Origin: Orbicella franksi
Taxonomy: Eukaryota
Assembly: GCA_964199315.1 (NCBI GenBank)
Contig: OZ116711.1
Coordinates: 21,390,001-21,454,000 of the forward strand
DNA length: 64,000 nucleotides
Direction: 5' to 3'
Positions 37,185 through 49,900 of this stretch are shown one piece after another. Position 1 is the stretch's first letter. The number at the start of each line of letters is the position of its first letter. Made by a program: the position numbers and the translations under genes. Below the pieces are notes generated by a model, which ran no database searches, was not told the origin of the DNA, and was given only the letters and a program-made list of their open reading frames with translations.

Positions 37185-38309
37185 TTAAGTCGGAAATTTT
37201 CAAACGCTCTTTTTCGAGAACTGGAGCGATATTATGGAATCAAATTTCTCAAGACTGAAGAGATTTATCTAAACCAATCTTTAAGAAAAAAATTCGTAGA
37301 TTTTTATTTGAGACTCTTTCAGACAGGGATGACTATGTTGAAGTAGTCGACACCCTGACTCAAGTTCTTAAATTTAGTTCCTGATTAATTTCAACCCATA
37401 GTTTAGTTTATCTCTAGTAAATCATAGCTCCTAGTGTCAATCAAAATATGTAAATGTACTTGTATTAAACGGTTTCGTAAATCCTGCTATAAGTAGTTGC
37501 ATAGCAATCTTATTTATGTATTAATGGTCTAATATAAATATAGATGTGGCCCGCCTAGATTAGCCCAGACTACCTGCGGGTTCGCGCTGTTGCTATTGTC
37601 AAGCTTTTTTAACTTAATGAGTATATATTTTTGTAAAATTGTAAATATGCCAGTCATAATAAAGTGTTGTTGTAAGTGTTGTTGTTGTTGTTGTAAATAA
37701 TTCGACCATTGAGTTACATTTACCCGTTGAGGCGAAAGAAAAGCTTGCAATCATATTGTTCGATCAGTGGATTTAGATTTCCTTGCTTTAATGCTATTTG
37801 ATATGACCGTTGATGACACGTTGCGTGACGGCTCCAGTTTCGGTAAACTCGCAAATTCATGCTATTAAAACGTCTCATTTTCACTTTTACTGGTAATGTT
37901 TAAGCACAGAGGCTAATTTTTAAAAAGAAAACTTGTGGAAATACATCTACTAAGGGTTTCCTGGGTCTCTTAAACCAAGTTCTGGCATTTGTTACGTTCT
38001 TTTCTTAACTCAAGAAAAAAATTTGGGGGCTCTATTGTTGGAAAAATAGAATTCTCTTTTAAAAACCTAGACCAACCCCAATTATACCGTTTATTTCAAT
38101 TCGTATTATCAGTATTTCCTTCAAGCTCTGACGCCAACACCCACTTTCACATTGAAACTCCTAGTATAAATTAATTCTCAAAAATACGCGCGAATCTAAA
38201 ACGTCACAACCGTGTTTACCTACTCTCATCTAAACACACATATCGACCAATGAGAGCGCGCGTTGTAACTCAGTGATATTATAAACACCAATATTTTCGT
38301 GTTTTTCAG

Positions 38310-40915
38310 GGCCATGCAAAGGGAAATAGGAAAGCTCTGCTTGTGCAGTCTAAAGTACAGTCATTCCTTGAAATACTCGGCATGTCTAATCACCGGAACA
38401 ATGGAGGCTTTATTTTAAAGCGTTTCGTTGTCCTGATCGTTCTCGCCATTGGACTGATCTGGGCAAAACTCGAACCAAACGTGGAAAATCTTTGGATAGA
38501 AGGTGAGAGATGTCGCCGTTGTTTTTGCACACTGCTTGCCTCTTCTATAATTGTTTGTAAATTAACTGGTCCCTGGTATAACGAGCGCGCTATGATTGGT
38601 TAAAGCTTTGTACCGGTAAACACCCGACTCCGCTAGATTCCCAGTATGGCAGAGTTTGGGAGTAGAACGCGCGAAATGCGAAATGCGAATGCCTTTAATT
38701 TCACCTTTATTGGCTACGCTTCTCACTATCTACTCTGTTGTAGATAGCGAGTAGCCTAGCAGTGTGCGATTGTTAACAAAATGCCGACCCTTTCTTTGCG
38801 TTTTGGAAGTGTCTGTGAAGAGGATTTAGATTAAGTTTTGAACGATAAGTAGATTTACACTAATCAATAAGATTATTCGCTCTCGATTTCTATGCGCGAT
38901 AGTTGACTCGGACTGCGACCTCGTCAACTATAACGCGATAGAAATCTCGAGATCATAATTTAATTGTTTAATGGGATGTGAAATAGGTCATAATACGTCC
39001 TTTCCACCGTCCGGCATCCCCGGCACCCCGGACAACCCCGACATTCCCGGAATCCCCGCCACTTCCGTAAATAAACAAATACGGCTTATCCTGCCAATAA
39101 TAATTTGCATAACGCGCGGAGGCCTTTAACTTGAATAAAACGCTATGCTTTTAAATTGAGGCCCCCTAGCCCTCCACAGTGCGACGGAGGAATTTGAAAA
39201 AAAGGTGTTTTCACTCCAAAAATGTATCAAATGTTTCCCGTCCACACTTCGCCGGAGAAATTTGAAAACGCAAAATTACCGGTGATTTTGGATTTGTGTT
39301 TGAAGAAAACTCTGGTAGGGAAATCACGTAATTATCGTGACGTCATCGTTTTCGAAAAGCTGCGTTTCTAAAATGTTCTTCGTCCGCACAAAAGCGCACA
39401 GCCGACGTTTTTAAATTATTCGGGTGAGAAGAGCTTTTTCGAAAAGCTCAGTTTTCTTGACGGATTAGTGTGGACGGTAGGCCTAACCGTAGAAATAAAG
39501 CTACATTTTCAAAACCCTCCGTCGAAATTTATGTGGACGGCGTCTGAACTGCCGTCTGCTTGTTCTACTTTTTCTAGTCCATCTTGTTTACACACGTTGT
39601 ACGACTTTTATTGATGATAAAGACAATTCAGTAGTTATTGCATTTATATGTAGAACGTTTTAACCTGCCTGTTGTTCGGGATTTTAGCGGATGGACGACT
39701 AAAGAAAGAGCTAGAATATACCAAGAAATCGCTTGGAGAAGGTTACGGCAGCACAAATGAGCTACTGATACAAACACCCAATGAAGAAGGAACAAATATT
39801 CTTACTGTAGAGGCCTTGAAGCGGCACTTGGACATTTTAATGAAAGTCACAAATGTCTCAGTGGATTTGTTTGACCAGTAAGTCAATGTGGTTACGTAAC
39901 ACATATCGAAGTTCGTTGGTCTTTGAGGGTGCGTTCCTTTGGGGTGATCTGGATCAGGTTCAGTGGTCCAAGATCACTCGGATCATGGTGCATCAAAGGA
40001 ACCGACGAATCCACTCTGGTCACGGATTAAACGGATTCGCGGATTCACGGATTCACGGATCCTACAACAGCAAATACTAATTACGTGCGGATTTATCAAC
40101 CCTGTCAACTTCTTTTTTCGCGACCTGTGTGCAAAACTGTCTTTTCTTTTGAGTGAAGTCTTTCTAAGTTAGTTGCTTTTGTTCAAAATTGACTGCCAAA
40201 ACTATAGGATCTTTAAGTCACTGATGGTTTGCTGCTTAATCCGAGCCGCTGCTAGAAGGGGCATTCGAACATGCTCGCCGGTAATTGAACATGTTTCCTA
40301 GAAGATTTCAAAATAAAACATCAGTTATTTGCAAGCACAAGATTTTTTCTTTTTTTTTTTTTAATTTAGAACCTGGAAACTGACGGATATTTGCTACACC
40401 CTGGTTCCAACTTTTAACAATCCCGTAAGTTCTACGCTTTTAATTTCTTTGCTTGTGTTCTTTTTCAGGATAACTTAAATTCGTCGTGAATTTTGCATGA
40501 ACTAAATTCTGTGCAAAAAACGAAGTTTAGAACATGTGGAAAAACCTGTGAAAAAAAATGCCTTTTTTGGCACAGTTTGCTTGGTATTTTGAATTGTATT
40601 TTGGCCGCTTACAAAATTACCTCTAAATTGAAGGAAACCCAAATATAGTAGTTTACTAGGGTAGAAAAACACCATAGAGATAATAATAGACCACAAAGGA
40701 ACAAGGATGGTTAAGGATGAAGAAGATTAACACGGATTACAAACGATGAGCTTGAAAAACTTAAGCTAAACCTGTCAAGATGCGGAAACAAGTTTAACAT
40801 TTCAGATGTAAAATGTAACAAAAAAAAATGTAAATCTTATTTATAGCGGTCATGCACTTGGCCATACAAGTACTAAGCATGTAAAATGTGAAAAAAAAAA
40901 AATGCAAATCTTATT

Positions 40916-40977
<62 letters not shown>

Positions 40978-43900
40978 GAAACAGAGGAAACAAATATTTC
41001 AAATAAACGTAACGTAGTTAAAAATCCCAACCGGCAGGAGGCAGACCAGTTGGCTATTTAAAAAGCGTGACCGAGGATTTGAACTCGGGACAACCGAGAA
41101 ACAAATCCCGCTAGTGGCAGAACCATTCGGCCACGCTGCCTCCGCAGATTAAGAGACATATATCTCTTAATCGTTTTGCCAAAATACACAGCAACACGAC
41201 ACACTGAAATATCTAATATCTTTTTCGCAACCATGTTAGAATCTTGGTCGATTAATGCCATGTGTTATCATAAGTGCTTTGGATTGCTTTTGGGAAGGAG
41301 CGAAGCCACTCGAACCGCAAGTCCAGCCCGTTCTGTAAGTGACAAGTTATAATATGCGACATAAATGTGACAAGACTTGTTAGGTAGGAACATGTCTAGG
41401 AAAAGTCTATCCAGGAAAGTTGAATCTCTTTCCACAAACTTGATATGTGGTAAGCACAAATAATATCAAACGTTGTTAATACGGACGCTAACATTAAAGG
41501 AGAAGAGGCGAGTGTCCGCAAGAAGGTGACCCAAGTGGGTGAGAAGGAACTGTACCTTGTTTGCTCGGGATTACCTGCTCTTTTCCACTAGGAAATTTTG
41601 TTTCTTGCAACCATACAATAAATCCCTTATTGACCAAGGCTCTCCGGTCAAGATGACGGGATATCGGCTTCGTTGTTTTTACCTTTTTGTGGACATGCAT
41701 TAGCTCTCGGTCCGTAAACACCGACGCAAAAAAAAAATTCCATTTCCAGTCGCTTTTGATCAATTAGACAATACCCCTTACATAATTTTCATTATTAAAT
41801 AACAGAAATGGGACCTTACCCTTACAAAATGTAGGTCAGTAGATGATTGTCTATAGTCTATACTTACACCTCAGTTGTTTCAAGTCACTGCATATTTATT
41901 AAATTAAACTTCATGTGCGAACAGCCACGTTTCTAGTGTTTACAGATGTGTAATATTTCATAGACCGAGTGGTACTCCTCTACCGAAGTGGAAAAACCTA
42001 ACCATCCCGTCACTGATACAAGCAGTGCGCACTGAGATTCCTCAGGACTACGAGAAGTTTATGTGGCTGCTTAAAGAGGTATTGTTATTGTACATTAGGG
42101 GTTCATGTAAAACACGATGGGAATGGGAACTTCTCAAACTCATTAAGTTTAAACGAAGGAAATCATGACCGTGACGGTGTTTGGATATCTGATCTTAATA
42201 AGCATAGATTTTAACGATTTTATTCCTCCGTTTTCTCCTTAGTTTTAGTCTCGTTCGAGAAGATATATCAAACACTCAAGACAGTGTTTGACCACATTTC
42301 CAAAGGCCTCAAAGTTCGTCAAAAATACTCCGCAACGCGTCGTATTTTCAACTCTCTTCTCGGTGTTTGGAGATGTGGTCAAACACGGTCTTTCGTGTTT
42401 GATATATTACTTAACAAGATGTTAAGACGATGTAAGATGTTTGGTTAGTTCATTTATGACTGTGATTTCTGACTTTACTAAGTGTCTTCTTTTTACCTTT
42501 CTACTGATTTAAAGGCTGGAATCAACAGCGGCTATATGACGAAACCTTGTCTTGATCCACATGATTCAGAATGTCCAAAAACCGCACCAAATTACAAGAC
42601 CAAGAAGGTAATTATTGGAGTTTTGTTTGAAGCCATTTGCTGTCAAACATGCATTATGTTTGAAGTGTGTATCATGTAAACAATCAATCTTGAGAGAAAA
42701 TGATGAAAGTGCAGAAAAAAAGAGATTGCTTGAAAATGTTCTCAAATCGGTTTGAATTGGGACATCTGCCATGAGAAAACCCAATCTTTGAATCGTGCGC
42801 ATTGGCAAACTGGATAGACAGAAACCCTTTCAGTGTCGTTTTGATAGAAGAACCAGTCGCGTCTTACCTAAGATGTGGTCTGCAGTACATTAACCTCTTC
42901 CTGGTGTAATTTACATTTTGCCAGAAACCAGACATAGGTGTGGAATTGACTGGTGGCTGCCAGGGGTTTGCTACCAAATATATGGACTGGCCTGAAGAGC
43001 TTATTGTGGGAAGAACTGTCAAGAACGGAAGCAGAATTATTAGGTGGGTTTTGTTTCTGGATAACGTGATGTTTACGCGTACGTCGGTTAAGGAGAACCA
43101 CGTGGGCAACGGCAACGAGAACGTCACCAACCAAAAGGTTTAACAATGACCATGCACGTGCATTATAAATCTTTGTACGTTTCGTAGTCGTCCTCTGAAA
43201 AACAACAACGTGGAAGGGCCAAGTTCTGCGTATTTTGGAGAACGTGATCCACAACGGCTAATTTTTCGTATTTCCTTTTGGAATCAGGAGTTGGAATTTA
43301 TCCCGAGAATTTCGTATTTAGCTTGGCAGGTTTTTACACCGATCAGCCTGCTAAACAGGATTTAGATAATTTCGAAATTTAACCAGGTTTTGCTTTTGCG
43401 TTGTATTTCCTTTAATGTATCTTGTCTAGGGCTGAAGCATATCAGAGCATTGTAATGTTGATGGGAAGTCAACAGCTTTATACTCGCTGGCATGGAGAGA
43501 CAAAAGTGAACCACATGAGCGACGGGGATCCAGCGTGGACGAATGATACAGCGTCGCAAGTATTAGAAGCGTGGAAGAGTGAGTTCACCAAGGTAAGTAG
43601 AGATACAAAAACTGTCAGCTGCAAATATTTTAAAAGATGCGGAGGCTTGATCGTTTGTAGGCAAGATTGCAGCAGTCCAGGTGCAAGCCCTGAACGGGAT
43701 GTATGTGTGGTTCTTTTGGAACACTTCACTCTCACAGTACTTCTCGTCACCCAGTTGCATAGATGGGTAATAGCGAATTTAATGCTGGGGGTAACCCTGT
43801 GATGGATTAGTATCCCATCTAGGGGGAAGTAGAAATACTTCTGGTCTTTTTCATGTTATGTCCTGAACTAGTATTAGCTCTGGCTGTAAAGGACCCTTCG

Positions 43901-46900
43901 ATCGATGCGTAATTCTCAAACTCTTTAATACCTCATCAAGTCAGTCATGGCCGGATGGTGTTTGGAGATCTAATCTTAATTAGCATAGAATAGATTTTGA
44001 CGATTTTATTTCTCCGTTTTCTCCTTAGTTTTAGTTTCGATTGAGAAGATATATCAAACACTCGAGACAGTGTTTGACCACATTTCCAAACACCTCGAAG
44101 TTCGTCAAAAGTACTTCACTGAGCGTCGTATTTTCAACTCTCTTCTCGTTGTTTGGACATGTGGTCAAACACGGTCTTTCGTGTTTGATATGTTACGTAA
44201 AAGATAGTGAATTCGATGCATACTTAACTTACAGACTGTTTTGGATTGTGTTGCTTTGTTCTATGATTTTCATCTTAAAGGTCATCAACTCAGCTGACCA
44301 AAGTCAGGAAGATTCAACAGTATTGGCTTTCTCCTCCACATCGTTGAATGGTTTACTGAAGGACTTTTCTCAAATAAGCTATCTCTACGTAGGGATTGCA
44401 TATGTGCTAATGGTAAGATAATGACATAAAAGATTGACGACAGCCATGAACCTATTTATTCATTCTATACTGCAGTTTTGGCTCTCGCTTACCCTCATTT
44501 GGTAAAACTTCTCTTCCACACAAACAGAAAGGGTGTAATCTTTATGTTAAGCAAAAGCGAGTGTGAAGAGATTAGATCTATATTACATGTATATGCATAC
44601 AGGATTAAAAAATAAAAAGTATAAGCGGTATTAAACTTCGCCCTTGAGCGAAATCGTGCTTCGACTGAATTGTCAATTACAACCTTGCAAGCGCTATTTC
44701 GTCCAATTCTTTCAGATCGCGAAACCTCGAATGCCCCCCTTGAAGTCTTTTTGGGAATTCAGTATTTTATTAGTAACGAATAGCTTAGCCAATCAAATTG
44801 CAACATTAACTATAAGAACACAAGCAAAATTTTACTATTACACCATGACTTGTCGTTTGCTTTGTAGCTCCTCTACGCATGTGTTACCCATGGTGCTCTT
44901 GGGTTTGGTGGTGTCGTTCTTGTCACTGTTGCAGTTGTTTCGGGCCTGGGATGTTGTTCGATTTTCCAGATCAAATTTAGTGACGCATCAAAGCAGGTGA
45001 GTCAGCTATTGCAGGCGGACATAAGGATTTACAAGCCTTTTCAATTTAAAAATGTTTTGTATTAAACTTTATGTAGCGAAGTTGATTGTTGCATTCTGTG
45101 TTTCTTTTTTGCGGTTTCTGGAATGGCATTGCCAGTTATATCATGTATTTCCGCGGTAGAAAGCTCGCCGAGTCTGTTGTTTTCAGCCTTTTTTCTAACG
45201 GAACTTTCGCTTCCCGGCTAGAACATTTCAGCTAAGCAACACTTAATGCAGCCATATTCTATATAAGGTCAAACACAGGTATAATGGTGGGAGGCGCGGT
45301 GGCCTCATGGTTAGTGCGCTCGTCTCCGGATCAAGTGGTCCGGGTTCGAGCTCTGGCCGGAGACATTGTGTTGTGTTCCTGGCCAAGACACTTTACTCTC
45401 ACCGTGTCTCTCTCTACCCAGGTGTATAAATGGGTATCGGCGGACTTAATGCTGGTGGTAACCCTGTGATGGACTAGAATCCCATCCAGGGGGAGTAGAA
45501 ATACTCCTAGTCGCTTCATGCTGCAGAAACTGGGATAGGCTCCGGCCTGGTGGGCCACTTGGCCCGTATGCAGACTTAACCTTACCTTTTATATGTGTAA
45601 TGTCTGATAACCGAGGTTCAGTAAACCTATCAAAAAACTAGAAATGCATTATCCGAGTTTAAAAATGTAACAGTAAGAGTACTTTCAAGTTGTTAAAAAA
45701 CTTGTGTGCTATTCAGGCTAAAAGGAGAGCTGTTCAGGTTAAAGTATTCGCCACTATTCGTGGCTAATTCGCCACTATTTACTGTTCACTATTCGGGTTT
45801 TCCAGACTCCCAAAAAAGGGAGCATAAGCAAACCACGACGGCGACGACAACGAGAACGTTGCAAAACAAAAGAGTTAGTGAGCACAACAATGGCTGTGCA
45901 CGTGCGTTAGAAATTTTTCTGCATTTTGTAACCGTCCTCTGCAAAACAACAACGTGAAATGACTAAGTTCTGCGTATTTTGTGGAAAATGACGACGACGG
46001 CTAAGTTTTCGTATTTCCCTTTCGAATTAAACTCTGTAACTGCATTTCTTGGCGTCGTCCTCGGCGTCGCCGTCGTCGTTGATTAAGCTCCCGAATTGAC
46101 ATTGCGTATACTACGCATTGCCAAATACGATACTTAAGTGTGTTCAACAGACTGAACACGCGTTGCACTGTTTTTCTTCTCGTAGATCTTGCCGTTTATT
46201 GCTCTGAGTTTGGGTGTCAATGATATCTTCCTACTATCTCACACTTATTCATCTGCTAAAGATAATGACCAGGTACGTAATCAGTAACGATGGCCAGAGC
46301 TTCTCTGTTGACGCGGAGGGTGTCCAGACCCCTTTGCGTGGTGTGGTTTGTGAACGCGAGGGGAGTTTGTAGTTTATTACACTGGATTTTGGGTTCGATA
46401 TCTGACTGATAAATTTGAGAGTTCTCTCTTTACCTCTCAAAAATAAGGACGTCTGGCGGAAAACGTCAGGTTTCTTACCTACTTTAAAATAGCTATTTCT
46501 CAGCAAAAACACTACGAGTAATCGGATTCTTCAGCTCGATCCACGAAATCTCGCAAGAGTTTGCTCAACTTTTCCTGATCTTAGCTCCTAAAGTAGTTTA
46601 TCACAGGGTCTGCTTCTCATAGTTATGTGCCTTGAGTCTCATAAATTTACGTAACCTCTAATGTAAACCTTCTTCTCCAAAAAAAATACAAACCTAGAAA
46701 TGTTTGAGAAAAAAGACTGCCACAGCAGTATTTTCGTATTCTAACCCGATAATTTATTAATGCTGGTCGGCTTTGGTTTTTTTTTTTTATTTTAGGATCC
46801 TGCAGTGTACCTCCTTGCTAGTACTGGAGTCAGCGTGTTCTTGACATCCTTCAATAACATGTTTGCATTCTTTATGGTAGCACCCATACCCATACCAGCC

Positions 46901-49900
46901 TTGAGGTCGCTTTCTTTACAGGTTTGTGTAGATTAAAGAAACAAATATGAAAAGCAATCATGATCTCACAGCTGACGTTACCAACCAGTATAGTTTGTTT
47001 ATAAAAGCTGTGACAAGGCAAATTTGCTCAGGGTTTTTTCTGGGGCATGCTTTAGCTAGCTGTCACGTTGTTTTTGACAGACTCACTATGCACCCGAGAC
47101 TAGTTCAGCAAATACAGTTGTCTTTGCAACAAAATGGAAATTTAGTGACATACAAAAGAAGATTGGCTAAGAAAATAATAGAACCAACAACAGAAACAAT
47201 AAACCGGGCTCTTAGGTAGCGTTCCCACTACGACAGAGAAATTTGAAAACGCCGTTGTATTTCTACGGTTAGGCGTACTGTCTACACTAATCCGTCACGA
47301 GAACGGAGCTTTTCGAAAATGCTCTTCAAGCCCCAGGAATTTGAAAACGCCGGCTTTTCGCTTTCGTGTGGCACGGAAAACATTTTGAAAACGGAGCATT
47401 CCGAAAATGGCGTCACGATAATCGGGGTTTCCTCGACCGAGTTTACCTCAGACACAAATCCTAAAAGACCGGTGATTGTTGCGTTTTTAAATTCCTCCGG
47501 CGTAGTGTGGACGGAAAGCATTTGATGCGTTTTCAGAGTAAAACCTCCGATTTTAAACTCCTCCGGTGTAGTGTGGACGAGGCCTTAAAACAAAAGAAGT
47601 AGGTACATACACTGAGAGAGCGAATGAAATTGTAGGTTTTGAAGAGGTGCGCGGCTTCTGAATACAGTAACATTGTATGACAGTAACATTGTATGACAAT
47701 TGATTTTCTCTCAATCTTTTTCTTTCTCTTTAGCTTGCTATTGTGGTTGTGTTCAACTGTCTTGCCGTAATTGTGATCTTCCCTTCAATGATTGCGATCG
47801 ACAAAAACAGAAGAAGTCGCGGCTATGACCTGCTTTGCTGTTGCAAAAGGTACAACTTGTGGGTTCACTTAAACTCGAGTGATTTAACCGGCAATCATGC
47901 TCTCCCATCCAAAATAGCCACCAAACGATGTTGCCTCCTTTGAACAACTTTCCGTGGAAGAAAAAGGTGACAGAGATTTCTCAGAGGCGGCAATTTGTTC
48001 TCAATTACTATTGATGCGTGTTCCGATAATTTGGATGGCTCTGTATTCTTGCGGGAGTGGTGAAACTGTTATATAACGTAATTATGTAATATGTTTTATA
48101 TAATAACCCAAGTTATTCTTGCATTTTGATTGGTTCTCGCCTATGATCTATTAGAGGACAGACGCACGATTGACGTCATCATTTCAAAGTTTTTCCCTCT
48201 GTGTTTTAAAATGGCGGAAAGTTTTGAGAATTTAGATAATATTTTACACGACTGGGCAAAAGATAAGGTACAAGAAGGTCTTGTCCAGGCATTAAACAAG
48301 TACTAGAAGCATAGTCTAGCAGGAAGAAGAAAGATAAAGCCGTTTCTGTTTTATAAAATGACTCGGAAAAAATACTCGAGCAGTTTCAGTCGGCAGTCGA
48401 GCGAGACTAAACCAAACACAAAATTGGTCTCTTGGTGGGCCGAGAACCATTGCTTTGTCTCGACCCAGTAAACAAAATGTTTATGAGATTCATTTATTTA
48501 AAACAGTGAGCTTTTCTCAGTCTCAAAATAACTGTTGACACAGTGATTGTCTGGAATGAAACATCAAAACCACTTCAGTGAAAATAAACACATAACCTTG
48601 CTTTCCGATGCGAATGTTCCGGTCCGTTTCAGGATACAGCAGCGAGCAAAGTATAGCTCACTACAGCTCACGGCCAACTGTATCGCAGCTAAAAGGTGTC
48701 TCCGACACTATTTCACACTAATTTGAGAATCACCAACCACAGAGGACACAAATTTCCACCATCACTAACGTTCCTTTCATTCAAAACTCGAATCGAATGG
48801 CCTCCAGATTGACCACAACCGCAAGTTTTCCGAGCGTAGTTTTTCAACTCCTGCAATATTCGAAGCAACATCCAAGCTTTTCGACTCACAGGGCTGCTCT
48901 GATGACAAAACCTGACTTGACTTATCCATGATTTTCTTTAAGATTTGTAGATTTCGCAGTTCAATTCTGCTTTCGCTGTAAGTTTTCATTCCACGAGAAG
49001 CGACGCTCGAGTCAAGTTTGACAGTGGCGTGATTTTCCTGGACCAATCAAAATTCTTTGCTACGCATAGCAACCAATGAGATTGCTTCAATTTGTATAGA
49101 CAATAGATTACGTCAAATGGCTTTTTCGTGTTCGCCAAAGTGGGCAGAGGCCGGCTTTTTGTTCTTACCACATTTTGACGTCATCTGTGATCTATTACTG
49201 AACAGACGCACGGCAACATGGAATCTATTTGTTAATATAATATGTTGAATAATATTCTCATATTTTGATTGGTTCTTACTTATGATCAACTGGAGGACAG
49301 ACGCATAGATTACGTCATAACAATTTATCCCTTTATTATATAATACAAATAGATTTCATGTTGCCGTGCGTCTGTTAAGAAATTGATCACAGAAGTCGTC
49401 AAGATGTGGTAGGAACATTGATGACACACTCGGCTATCGCCCCATGTGCCACTTTTTTGTTCTTATTACCACAATTTGACGTCTTCTGTGATCACTTACT
49501 GAACAAACGCACAGCAACATGGAATCTATTTGTTAGTATTTCTCCTTTCTTTTTCTTTTTCCTGCTACAGAAACACAAGAATTGAATCTCTAGACCCGAG
49601 AAGTTCAAGAACATCAGAAAGTGATAGTAGTTTCCTACAGGTGAAGAATCGGTACCGACCTAGTCCTCCATCGGAACATAATTCCAGTGACTCTGTCATA
49701 ATCCCGGGAAATGTCGAGGCAACTGCTTTAAAGACAGTACATTCCTCGAGTGTGGTAACATTTGAGGTATCTGCAGCGTCCGAGTGGAGCCTTCACAAGG
49801 CACCTCGTTCCAGGAGAGACAGGCAAATTGAAGATCCAAGTGACCTTGAATTACCAGCTGTGGGTAGTATTCCCAACAGTGGTGGAGTAGACACTTCCAA

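Larger units (their letters stand above)
35500..37694 (+). mobile_element. 5'-truncated, degenerate CR1/L2-type LINE (reverse transcriptase) with nested insertions
   Basis: RT motifs: [78 protein letters not shown]. Stops and frameshifts present. 3' end has AATAAA followed by a (TTG)n tail at ~37658-37694. Confidence 0.9.

Noticed and set aside
45289-45360. tRNA-like sequence with A and B boxes
   Set aside because: No complete cloverleaf or acceptor stem; it continues into a SINE body found in several copies.
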